From the NCBI GenBank assembly GCA_020184695.1, contig JAANOX010000075.1, positions 62,001-126,000 on the forward strand: a stretch of 64,000 nt of DNA, written 5' to 3'. Below, piece by piece: positions 30,089 to 41,315 of this stretch; position 1 is the stretch's first letter, and every line of letters starts with the position of its first letter. The stretch comes from Histomonas meleagridis 2922-C6/04-290x (lineage: Eukaryota > Protista > Parabasalia). The position numbers and the translations under genes are program-made. The notes under the pieces were generated by a model. The model had not been told where the DNA came from. It did no database searches and was given only the letters and a program-made list of their open reading frames with translations.

Positions 30089-31063
30089 TTTACAAATGGA
30101 TGGCGGTTTCTGTGAAACCATGCTATGAAATAAATGGTTTATTCGAAAGTAGTCAACTCCTTCCTGACAGGATGCCTCATCGTACCAATAATTTTTGTAA
30201 ACATAAGAAATCAAAAAAAGGTTTTCCGGTTTTTCCGCTCAATTTTTCCCTTGGAATTCACACAGAAAAAGGGCAGAAAAATTCATCAAAAAACTGCCCT
30301 TAATCTTACAGAAGAAAAAAAAATTGCTTATGTGAATAATAAGCATTATCTTATTGTTTTAAATATCGTTTTAAAATACTTTTCTTTCCAAATCAATAAG
30401 ATACAAAACAATAAATTATAATATGATTCCAAAAAAAATTAATTGTATTCAAGAACACATTGGTGAGATGTGCTTTCAAAAAAAAGAAAAAAAAAATGTT
30501 TCTTTCTATATTTTCATAATACCATTTTAATGAAAAATACTTAAAAAGAAAATAAGTATAGCAAATAAAAAATTATTTTCAAAACTTAAGTCAGACAGAA
30601 TTTTGAATGGAATTTTTTTTTTTCTAAAGAATAAATCAATGGGGGAAAAAAATATCCTTTTTGTGAAATAACAAAAACTATACAGTATTCGTTATAAAAA
30701 AAATTGATAAATCATTAAATATCAGAGGTTCATTTAGACCATCAATTAATATTATTTCATTTAATTCCCCCAAAAGTATAGAAATTAATGAAAACACAAA
30801 TTAAATAATTATGGAATTTAGACGAACATATTAACACAAACGAAATCAAAAATTTGATTTCTCATTCAAAATTAAATTAATTTCTTTTATATTTCGCTTT
30901 TTTTTTCTTTTGGATTATCATGTGAAATTTTAAATATTTTCAAGTTTCTCCCACTCATTCATTTATACTATAATGAATATGTTAAAAATATCCAATAAAA
31001 ATCTTCTTATTATTACAAAGTAATATCATTTTAATAAAATATTTTATTAAGGCCAATTTTATA

Positions 31064-33010
31064 TTAGTACGAGTCTGAATTGTCCTCATCTTCATCATTA
31101 TCTTCTTCTTCTTCCTCGTAAATATACATGTAGGAATCGTCCTCACCGTACATCGATTGCAACTTGTCGTATCTATCTTCTTTTCTTATTTTTACGTTTT
31201 CTATTATTTCTTTTGGTAATGACGGGAATTTTTTGATTATATTTTCCTTTTCGTTTAAAGATATTTTCATTTTCGGATTTTCTAACAACAGTTCCATAAT
31301 TTCTTGAGAGCCATTTATTGCGATTTGTAAATGACTTGTTTTTATATCGAAATGTTGAGCATTATACCAAGTTCTAATATTTGGTATTATTCTTGGGTCA
31401 CTTAAAAGAATTCGTACAACTTCGACATTCTTTTTGTAAATTGCGCAACCTAATGCATTAATTTCATATGAATCATGTTTCCTATTAATATCAATCGAAG
31501 GATTCGTTAACATTTTCTTTAATATTTTTGTGTTTCCGTTCTCGCAACAAGTAAATAAACAATCTTCGTGGATATCATTTGGAATATTATAGTCAACATT
31601 TTCTTGTTCACTAAAATATTCGAAAATCTCAAAATCACTTAGAGAACATGCACGATGTATAGGTGTATAACCTTGAAAACCACGCTGATTAATATTCGGA
31701 TGATATTTTTCATTAAATGCTTTGATGAAATGAATGTTCCTGGATAAAATAACATCATCAAATGCTATGTTGACATCAATTTCAGCGAAATATTTATCAT
31801 AATAAAGTTCAAATACTTCCAAATTTCCTGTTCGACATATTTCCATTGTTTTGTTTCGGTAATTTTTACGCGTAGCTACATTGCTAAGTTGGTTCCCATA
31901 TTTATTAAGAAATATCTCCATGAATTCAACATTGTTCTGATTGATTATAGCAGAAAACATATCATCGATTGATATTTGAATATGCGCAGGCATTCTTTTG
32001 AGGCCATAATAAAAATCACTTAGTAAGCAATATCTTGATATGTTTTCTTGTAAACTTTTGGCCTTACAATCAACATTAGAAAGAATCCAATCAAAAACTT
32101 CTCGGCGATGATTATAGATCGCTCCAAAAATATCTGTGGGTCGAACTTTAATTTGCGATTCAATAAGATGAATAATTTCATTGTCCCCTCCACTGACTGC
32201 AAAGGTCATCGACGTCGTTTTGTCATTTGTTAAAAGTTCCGCTTTGTTAATGAAAAGATACTTGAAACATTTGGGCATCCCACGATATGCTGCATAGTCA
32301 ATAAGACTGACATCCCCATCAATAGGACTTGAATGCGTCGTAAAATGTGGAATTGTAAAGAATTTTGTATTGACGCTCAGAGAATGATCGGTTAGATATT
32401 CTTGGAGTGCATCAGAATCATCTTTGTCAATTATAGAAGATAGGTCACGCGCAATTGTGGCATCATGATTTTCATATACATGGCTATAATCTTCATTGAA
32501 TTGTTCCGGAAGTGTGGTTGACCTCTGAAGAAAATCATCATAGGAAGATTGTGGCACTAAGCCGGCACGAATGAGTGCTTGAATGAAATAAAGCTTATTG
32601 TGTGAATACCCAAAATTTGTCAAATGACGACGAACAATATCTTCAAAATGGAGCATTTTAACGAGCTCTACAAATTGGTCAATGCAACTGTACTTGGTTT
32701 CAGCAATATTGTAAATAAAGCGAACTATAGCAAGTTCGTGATCTGGATGTTTGGAAATGAAATTAAATATTGTAGAAAATGCATTATTGATCGTGTCAGG
32801 TGTAAGATCTTGAAGTGCACTTTGCACATTTAGGAGTGGTTCAAAGATTGGATCTTCGACGAAATCCATTTGAATTATATTGTCGTTTCTAGAGATATTG
32901 CGACCGTTATCAGGCAAAACAAGGACCCTGAAAAAGTCGTTTTTTAAGTTGAAAATAATCGTATTGTAATATTTGGCCGACTGATTATGTGCACAAAACA
33001 TGAATTTCAA
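31064..33010 (-). CDS. Divergent DUF3447-type ankyrin protein WITHOUT inserts
   Basis: LIDYAAYRGMPKCFKYL, AVSGGDNEII, uninterrupted hairpins (NINQRGFQGYTPIHRAC); acidic tail. The true start may be a downstream Met. Confidence 0.85.
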   Translation of the reverse strand: MKFMFCAHNQSAKYYNTIIFNLKNDFFRVLVLPDNGRNISRNDNIIQMDFVEDPIFEPLLNVQSALQDLTPDTINNAFSTIFNFISKHPDHELAIVRFIYNIAETKYSCIDQFVELVKMLHFEDIVRRHLTNFGYSHNKLYFIQALIRAGLVPQSSYDDFLQRSTTLPEQFNEDYSHVYENHDATIARDLSSIIDKDDSDALQEYLTDHSLSVNTKFFTIPHFTTHSSPIDGDVSLIDYAAYRGMPKCFKYLFINKAELLTNDKTTSMTFAVSGGDNEIIHLIESQIKVRPTDIFGAIYNHRREVFDWILSNVDCKAKSLQENISRYCLLSDFYYGLKRMPAHIQISIDDMFSAIINQNNVEFMEIFLNKYGNQLSNVATRKNYRNKTMEICRTGNLEVFELYYDKYFAEIDVNIAFDDVILSRNIHFIKAFNEKYHPNINQRGFQGYTPIHRACSLSDFEIFEYFSEQENVDYNIPNDIHEDCLFTCCENGNTKILKKMLTNPSIDINRKHDSYEINALGCAIYKKNVEVVRILLSDPRIIPNIRTWYNAQHFDIKTSHLQIAINGSQEIMELLLENPKMKISLNEKENIIKKFPSLPKEIIENVKIRKEDRYDKLQSMYGEDDSYMYIYEEEEEDNDEDEDNSDSY

Positions 33011-33526
33011 TAGTTTACATCGTTGAGGTTGTTATTAATCTTACTTATTAATAAGTCTACATTTGAGCATTTTATTCATGATGTATCACAATTTTATATA
33101 TATTTCAGATTGAAATTTTATTCCTTATTTAAAATCATTTTTTAATAAAGCAATTACAAGTTATTTGGCTTTAAAATCGATATTCATATAAAAAATTTAC
33201 CAACAGGTGCAACCAAACCGTGACCGAACTTTTGAATGTAAATTATATTTTGTGATTATAATTCAATACAAATTTGATTTCTTTTTCACGATGTGATCTT
33301 TTTATTTGTGGTTTCTTTCCTTCCGTTGTTTTTGTTAAGTATCTCGGTATAATTTTTTCCAAATTATAAACATTTTGCTGTTGATTTGAAAATATTGATC
33401 CAAAACTAAAATTTCAGCTTACGTCTGCACATTAATTAAATAACATGCACTAAAGACTTTAATTCACTTCAATTTACCTCAAAACATAAAAATTATTTTT
33501 AAGTAAACTAATTTATTAATTCGAAA

Positions 33527-36038
33527 TTATTTTCTTTTTTTCTTAATTATTTCTGCAACTTCTTGTCCATCTTTTCCCAAATTATTTGCATAAAAGAGTG
33601 CGTTTACAAACAAATCAAATAAACACCAAACACATGAACCAAACTAAAACAATACTAATGAAACACTCAACAAAACGAAATAACATTTTTAATATTTATA
33701 TCAATGCCTTCTTGTTCAAGAAGTATCAAAGCAACTTCGGGGTGATAAAATTCCAACGAAACCATTAAAGCTGTAGAAAAACAATTAAATAAATTCCAAA
33801 TATTCAACATAAACCATATTATCTTTCACATTTAATTTAATATCCTTATGTTGCACGAGTTTTTTAACAATATCAATATGACCACCTCTAGCAGCAGATA
33901 TAAGAAAAGCTTCGAATAACATTAAAAAACTCCAAACAAACAATAAAAAACAAGAAAAGAACAAAAACAAACATCAAAAATATTACATAAACATTTCGTT
34001 CATTAACATCAATTCCTTCAATTCCTAAAAGATAATCAATAAGTTCCATGTTATTGAAGCCTATAGACATTGTAAGTGGTTTAAAAAACAATTAAAGAAA
34101 CGTCCAAAAATTATATTAAAATATATAAATAATGAACAAACCTTTGTACATTTTCTCAATACTAAAGCCGTCTTGTTTCATAATGTAACTGAAGAATTCC
34201 GGATTCCCTGAAAATATGACCTCTGTGAGTATCTTTTTCGAGTATGGAACTTTCTCACTAAAACATTTGAACAAAAAGATGTCGCCGCAATTAGCAACTT
34301 CATTAAGAATCTTATCATCAATAAAATCGCCTTTCGTAAGTAGAAATGATAAAAGTTCATAGTTGTTGTAGAAGATGCAGAGAGTTAACAGCTTCTTCAT
34401 GTTGTCGAGTGTGAAATTGTCCTTAATTGGGCTTAGCGAATCTTCCTTATTATTATCGTTTGGTTTTTCGTCTTTTTCGTCATTGTTTTCATTTTCTTTG
34501 TTATCCTCATTCTTTTCATTTTGCTTTTCTACATTTTCTTTGTTGTCGTTTTCGTTTTGTTTTTCATTTTCGATATTTTCGCCTTGTGTTTCTTCTTTTA
34601 CATTTTCCTTGTTATCCTCATTTTGCTTTTCATTTTCTTTATTATTGTTTTCACCATTTTCAGAATCACCTAATAATTCGAACATTGACTTTATATCTCC
34701 GAATAATTTACCGAAGAATGCTCCAGGATTTAGTTCTCCTTCGTCTCCTTCATCTTCATTAGGCTTATCTTTATCATCCTGATGACTTCCGAATAACTTA
34801 CTAAAGAATGTTTCATGATCTCCTTCTTTTTCAGGTTCATTTGTATCATTTTTATTACTTCCGAATAACTTGTTAAAGAACGATTCATATTCTGCTTCAT
34901 CTTTTTCACCTTCATTTTGTGGAGGTTCAAGTTCATTCTTATGACTTCCAAATAATTTACCAAAGAATGACTCATGGTTTGTTTCTTCTTCTACTTTAGG
35001 ATGTTGCTGAAGATTTTGTTGATTTCCTAAATTAGCAAACATTGTTGGGTCAAAACCAGGTAATGCATTTGCTAAAGAGCTCGAAATCTTTGCAAGATTG
35101 TTTTGAATTTGTTGCATGTTATCATCTAATTGAGGTATTCCTTTATTTTCATTTAAGTCTTCGATTTGACTATCGAAAAGATAATGAAATATTTCCTTCC
35201 TATTATATTCGATTGCTTTTTCAAACGCTCCTCTAAATGTCGAATTGTTTTGTTCGCATAAACGAATAATTTCATTGTTTCCTCCTGCAACTGCATATTT
35301 ACCTGCGTTTTCGACTTTCGCTCCATTCATAAGTAAAAACTTAAAACATTTAATAGCGCCTAAAAATGCACAACATTCTATAAGTGTAACATTTGCTTCG
35401 TTAATAATCGAATTCTTCTCATAGAGTGATGGTTCAATGCATTGATTAAAATCAAAGTTTGGTTGAGTGGACATTTCTTGAAGCTTTTGAATGTCATCTT
35501 CACGAAGAACTTTAACAAGCTCTGATGGATTAACGCCTTCGTTTGTTAATTCTTTTTGAAGTTTCCAATCATTAGCTGATAACTTATTATAGTTTTCACG
35601 AAATTCTTGATAAAATGGGAAAAATAAAAGATCTTGATTAGGTCGATATTGTTGGAAATAAAATGTTCGAATCTTTTGAACAAAATCTGTATCGATTAAG
35701 CCTTGTAAAATCATTTTATTAAGTATGTAATATGCTTCTTGCTTCTTAACTTTAGCCAGATAGTTCCTAAAAATTCTTGTTATTTTTGGTACATTTGTTG
35801 AATTATCATTTTTACTTTCGAGTTTTTTTAAATATTCACAAATAATTTCTGGCTTTTTACATTGAGATTTAAATGATGCATATAATAATTTGGAAATAAT
35901 TAAGTTAGAGGTATATGGGAAATTGTAATCAAATAATTCAATTGTTGATTGAACTGATGACTCAACATTACTTTCATCAAAACCAAAAATGATTTTTTGT
36001 ATTGTTAGTAAATTTTGAAGATCGCTTAATGTTTGCAT
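33527..36038 (-). CDS. DUF3447-type ankyrin gene with acidic internal insert and 13 hairpin inserts
   Basis: The track ORF stops at 34116 inside the first insert set. Removing 51+70+34+68 nt gives 763 codons with hairpins KYGF, NDLGE, DNMGS, NSLGV, ending at TAA 33527. Confidence 0.75.
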
Positions 36039-36671
36039 ATTATTGTGTACTTGTCAAATGATCGAAATTCGGGTAAATTCGACTACATACAAAAAGTCGA
36101 ATTTTTCTATTGGAATCGAACGTTAAACACATTCAAATATCGAATATGCACTGAAAATCGAAAACGATTTCGATGAAACTTTTTGTAAGACAATTCAATT
36201 GAAACCGATCGTTGTTACTCCTAATGAGAAGTATCATTGAATAAAATCATTGATTATTTGTTATCAATATATTTTAATCGTTTTTTTAGATTGAATAGAA
36301 GATATTTCCGAAATGATTCGACATCATTCAAATTCGTAATGTTTTTTATGGTTAAAAATAATGTTGGTTGCTTTATTAAAGTTGAAAGAAAATGATGAAT
36401 CAAAAGACAAATAAACTGAAAGCACTCCAGTATATGCAACAAATTATTTATGGTGAATGAAGAAGCATATTTCTCAAGCAATATATTTGTTATCAGATAA
36501 ATTTGATGATAATTATATAGACTCTTTTTAAACTCTTTCTTACTCAAATGATAAATTTTGATTTTTAGATTATTTTTTATTAATGAAATTGGTAAAGGCA
36601 TAAAACATCTGCTTGAAATACTTTTTGTTATCAGAAATTATGAAACAATTTTATATTTACCAACAAATTTT

Positions 36672-39482
36672 TTATTTAGTTAATGTTCTAAATCTATTTT
36701 GTAGTCTCCTATTCTTACCGAATCCCTTTGTAATTTCTCTTTCCAATCCCTTATATTTTCTGATTCCCATTTTTATTATATCTTTCATTTCCACTATAGT
36801 CTCTCTACTTAAGCAAAACTCTTCCAATTTCTCTTTTTCATTCATCAAAACATCAACGAAATTTTTGACAATTTTTTCTTCGAATTTTTCCCATTTTTTG
36901 TCATCTCTTTGTATCATATCAATTAAAGCTAAAGACATTTGATCACATTTACCTAACTCTGGATTAAATGGATATAAATCCAAAATTTCGTTTAACAATT
37001 CGATTGATATATCTTCGCCAATTGCACATAACTCGAGAATTGCAAGTGAAAGCATTGAGTAAAACGAAGAACTTTTATCAACTTCTTCACTAATTAATTG
37101 ATATAATTGATTTACAAATTCATTAATATTCACATTTTCGAAATTAATTTTTATCAGTTTAATAATAATTCCTAAAATTTCTTCTGAAGTTTCTTTATCT
37201 TGAATATAATTTAATCGATTAATTAAGAATTTTAATAATTGACTAACATCAATTAAATCAGGAAATTCAGTTATGAATGAAAGTGGTTCAATATAAACAT
37301 TAAACATATACAATGGCGCTTCAATTGAAGTCTTAAAAATGAAATTACAAATTTCGGGTAATAATTCATTTTCATATGTAACTCCTACACATTGTAAAAA
37401 TGTGAATATTTTAGTTTCTTTATCATTAAATAATGATGGAGGCTTATGCATAAATATTGGATGTGAACCTGATAATATTGAACTGACCGACGATACAACC
37501 AATTCAATTGGTATCGGACACTTCTTCAGAATTTTTCTGAGTGCTTCAAGAATTGAATTGAACTGGATTTTGTCAACAACATTCAATGCTTTATTTGTCA
37601 ACAAGTCGAAAATTTTGATAATTAAATTGATGTCATTTGTTGAACGTAATAATTCTGCGATCATACTTGCTGCAGTAATTAAATGAGTTTCATTAGTTTG
37701 TAAGAAGCGTTCCATAATTTCTATGATTCGAATAAAATCATTTCTTAAATCTAATCGAATGATTAAACTCGAATAAGCAATTGATACATTTGATTGTATT
37801 TTTTCGTTTGTCATAATTTCACCAATTGATATCGCGTATAATCTTGGAAGCAATTTAATAACTTGTTTCTTGGTGATGTCTGGTGAGATTGAAGCAAATA
37901 ATACTAATGAACGTGATGAAAATGAATACGTAGTTATGATATCAGAATTTAATAATTCGATTGTTATTGGTATTAATGTTTCTATCTCTTGAAATATTAA
38001 CTCATCGAAATCAATCGATGCAATTGAACATATAATTGATAAACATTGTGATAAAAGTTCTGGTGTTTTATCATCTTTAGATTTGATAATTGTAATTATA
38101 AACTCGAAAATGTTTAAAATTACATTTTCATCAAGTCCTTCGATTCTTAAAAGTTTTCGTAATAACTTAAAGTATTTATAAATTTCATTTGGTTTAACAT
38201 CATTAAATATTTCTAATAAATGTGTAACTTGATCTGTATGTATAAATATGTTATTAATTATTAATGCTGTAAATGTTCGATATGCTGAATCACGAACAAT
38301 TTCTCGATCATCAGCTAATAAACTAACAAAATTAATTAATATTTCATTAGGTAATTCAAACTCTAAGTCATCACTATAATGACTTAAACATTCAAAGATT
38401 TTTAACCCAAGTGAAACTCGAATTGGATCATTTTCTTTAATTAATTGTGAGACAAGTTCAAATACTTTATTTGGGCCAATCTCTTCTGCAAATTGTGGAA
38501 CAAATGCAGAATATATACATAATGTTGACGTGTTGTTGGTATTACTCAAATGTGATATGACCGATTTCATGTTATCGGTTGTCACTTTTTCTAATGGCGA
38601 ATTATCAATGGAATCAATGATGTCGTGAGGGATTTGGTGCTTCGTTGCTATTTCGGTTGATGATAAGTTCTCAAGTTTCGTAAGTAATGACATTAATGAT
38701 GTACTGTTGAGAAGATGAATAACTGTAAGAATTGATTTAACTTGTTTGATTTCAGTAATGTTTTCAATTGCACGTAGAAGACTTGGAGATTCAAGATTTG
38801 TAAGCGTTGGATTATTAGTAAATATGTCTTCAAGAATTGGTACAATGAAATTGGATATCTCTATATCATTATTTAACATATATATAATAGAATCCCAAAT
38901 TTTATCTACAAGATCACTTGATTGTTTTAATGCGGCTGTGGCATCAATTCGTGCTAAAATTACTATAAGTCCACTTCGAATGGATACTGAAGATTTTGGT
39001 AATAAAGTGGAAATTATGCGTACAATCCCAGAAAATTTAGACGAAAGAAATTCGTCATCACAGATAGGAAGTAATCTGATTAAGAGAAGGCCATTTAAAT
39101 CTGTTGGATTTTCGGAAAATAAAAATTCTATTAAATCATTCCAATCTTTGCCAAGATATTTAAATATGTGAGTACATGCATCAGCAAACCTTGGAAGAGA
39201 TTTTGGATGCATTGGTTTTTTAAATAATTGAACAAATTTAGAAACTAATGTTTTCTTTTGTTCTTCATTAAGGCCTCCCCAAACTTCATCAATAGCATTT
39301 GGAAGAATATTTAAAATTCCAACTTCGAGTGGAGATTTTGGATCACCTATATTATTTAGAAGTTCATTTATTTGATCTATATTTAAATTTAGTTCTGGCT
39401 CAATTATAGTTTCTCCTTTTATAGGTGAAATTATTTGTTCACCAAATTTCGTGATTGCATCCAAAAGATTCTTTTCGACCAT
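36672..39482 (-). CDS. HEAT/ARM-repeat protein
   Basis: 936 aa, Leu/Ile-rich helical repeats (e.g. RVSLGLKIFECLS, VRDSAYRTFTAL). Confidence 0.75.
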   Translation of the reverse strand: MVEKNLLDAITKFGEQIISPIKGETIIEPELNLNIDQINELLNNIGDPKSPLEVGILNILPNAIDEVWGGLNEEQKKTLVSKFVQLFKKPMHPKSLPRFADACTHIFKYLGKDWNDLIEFLFSENPTDLNGLLLIRLLPICDDEFLSSKFSGIVRIISTLLPKSSVSIRSGLIVILARIDATAALKQSSDLVDKIWDSIIYMLNNDIEISNFIVPILEDIFTNNPTLTNLESPSLLRAIENITEIKQVKSILTVIHLLNSTSLMSLLTKLENLSSTEIATKHQIPHDIIDSIDNSPLEKVTTDNMKSVISHLSNTNNTSTLCIYSAFVPQFAEEIGPNKVFELVSQLIKENDPIRVSLGLKIFECLSHYSDDLEFELPNEILINFVSLLADDREIVRDSAYRTFTALIINNIFIHTDQVTHLLEIFNDVKPNEIYKYFKLLRKLLRIEGLDENVILNIFEFIITIIKSKDDKTPELLSQCLSIICSIASIDFDELIFQEIETLIPITIELLNSDIITTYSFSSRSLVLFASISPDITKKQVIKLLPRLYAISIGEIMTNEKIQSNVSIAYSSLIIRLDLRNDFIRIIEIMERFLQTNETHLITAASMIAELLRSTNDINLIIKIFDLLTNKALNVVDKIQFNSILEALRKILKKCPIPIELVVSSVSSILSGSHPIFMHKPPSLFNDKETKIFTFLQCVGVTYENELLPEICNFIFKTSIEAPLYMFNVYIEPLSFITEFPDLIDVSQLLKFLINRLNYIQDKETSEEILGIIIKLIKINFENVNINEFVNQLYQLISEEVDKSSSFYSMLSLAILELCAIGEDISIELLNEILDLYPFNPELGKCDQMSLALIDMIQRDDKKWEKFEEKIVKNFVDVLMNEKEKLEEFCLSRETIVEMKDIIKMGIRKYKGLEREITKGFGKNRRLQNRFRTLTK

Positions 39483-39649
39483 TTGGCCTAAAATTTTCGA
39501 AGTTGAACGAATTTCAAAAATGTCAGTATAAAAGTTATCAAATTCACATTGGAATAATTTTTATTCAATTTTTTTGACTGTCAATATTTTTTGTTATTGA
39601 CATTATATAAATTGAATGAAAATCAAAATACGTTTTTTGTTGTATTTGC

Positions 39650-40984
39650 ATGTCCATAACTTCTTTCAAAGAGAGAAATTTTAATTTCCCTCAGAGCACA
39701 ACACCTGAAAATGTTGGACCAGGAAGTTATGATTTGGATGTTCATTTCAAAAGATATCGAAAACCAATACCATTTGGATCTACAACTCGCCGAGAACTTT
39801 TTCCAAATATAAATGAAAATTCTAATATAGATCCAGGAACATATAATCCAATAATTCCAAATAGATCAAGATCAGCACAAAGTATTTTTAAATCTCATTC
39901 CAAAAGAGAATATTTTCAAGAATATGCACAAAACCCAGGTCCTGCAGATTACTCAAGCCTCTGTGTTTGGGGTAAAAAGCATCCATCAATGCAAAAACGA
40001 AATATTTCATTCACAAAAAAAGAAGAAGAACCAACTCCCGGGCCAGGGTCTTATTCTCCTCATCTCCCACAAAACAAAAATGCGTATCCATTTTCACTTT
40101 CACGCTCTCCTCAAAGAGAAGTTATGGTATACAATGGTATTCCTGGTCCTGGGCGTTATTACAATGAGAGTCCTCAACATAAACAAACAGAGTCACCTGC
40201 ATTTCGTAACAAACAAACTCGAACAATTTTTAAATCAGAAGTTAATGATTCTTACATGCTTGAACATACTGCATGGAATATAGAATCACCAAGCAACCGT
40301 CCTTTCGGTGGCCTTTCGAAACGTGACTTTAACCTTGGCAACACTGAAACAGATTCTAACGTAGGCCCAGGCCGTTACTCGCCAAAAGAAATTTCCAAAC
40401 CGAAAATTAACCGCTCTCAATTCAGCACCGATAGAAGTACAATTTTTGATGTAAACGATTCAAATCCTGGGCCTGGATATTATTACGATAGTGAGCCACA
40501 ACAACCGAATCATGGGTTAGTAATTCCAAGAGAAAAGCGTGGTGAACTTTGGAATATACAAAGGACTCCATCGCCAGGTCAATATGAAACTAATGTTGCT
40601 GATGAAATGGAAAAAGAACATAAAAATCGTATTCCTAACCCAGCATTTAAATCAAAGGAAGCTAGAGACTGTTATCAAATTAGCGATGGACCTGGTCCAA
40701 AATACAATATTGAATCATCGAACTCAAAAAAGCATCAAACTCCAACATTCCCAAGATCTAAACGATTTGGTGATGACAGAACGGATGTTCCTAGTCCAGA
40801 TTCATACATGGTACATCCAAATCAGAGAAAATCTATTGGAGGATATATTACAAAAGGTAAAAGATTTGCAGAACGAAAGAAGAGCTGGGTGCCGTCCCCT
40901 GATGCATACCAAAATGGCAATAAGTGTAACCTCATTCATCAATCTGCAAATGTCAACTTTCAAACTGGCAAAAAGCATACATAA
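39650..40984 (+). CDS. SHIPPO/ODF3-like PGPGxY-repeat cytoskeletal protein
   Basis: Repeated (V/P)GPG(S/R/Y)Y, PGPADY, PSPGQY, PSPDSY with F-rich spacers. Confidence 0.85.
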   Translation: MSITSFKERNFNFPQSTTPENVGPGSYDLDVHFKRYRKPIPFGSTTRRELFPNINENSNIDPGTYNPIIPNRSRSAQSIFKSHSKREYFQEYAQNPGPADYSSLCVWGKKHPSMQKRNISFTKKEEEPTPGPGSYSPHLPQNKNAYPFSLSRSPQREVMVYNGIPGPGRYYNESPQHKQTESPAFRNKQTRTIFKSEVNDSYMLEHTAWNIESPSNRPFGGLSKRDFNLGNTETDSNVGPGRYSPKEISKPKINRSQFSTDRSTIFDVNDSNPGPGYYYDSEPQQPNHGLVIPREKRGELWNIQRTPSPGQYETNVADEMEKEHKNRIPNPAFKSKEARDCYQISDGPGPKYNIESSNSKKHQTPTFPRSKRFGDDRTDVPSPDSYMVHPNQRKSIGGYITKGKRFAERKKSWVPSPDAYQNGNKCNLIHQSANVNFQTGKKHT

Positions 40985-41315
40985 CGAATACCTCAATCAT
41001 AAATAGAGTGCAAAATTAATGTTTTTATATATATAAAATATGTATTATTATTCATTTTTAAATTTGTTTTTAATTGGAAATCAATGAGAAGAAAATGAAA
41101 TTTCAATAGAATTAAAATGAAATTTATAATTATATTTGATTATCTTTGCACTCCTTTCTCTTTCCTATTTAACTTAAAGTAATCATGATCTGCTTTTTCA
41201 ATATTTCAATGAATGAAATGCATTTGGTTGTATCTGAAAAAGTTGTTGACAGCTTTACCAATGATTATAAATCTTAGTTATATACACTTGTTTATTGATA
41301 AATGGTTTATCTGTT

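Noticed and set aside
34375-34782. Ser/Phe-rich plus-strand ORFs
   Set aside because: Antisense shadows of the Glu/Asn/Lys-rich segment of the 36038 gene.
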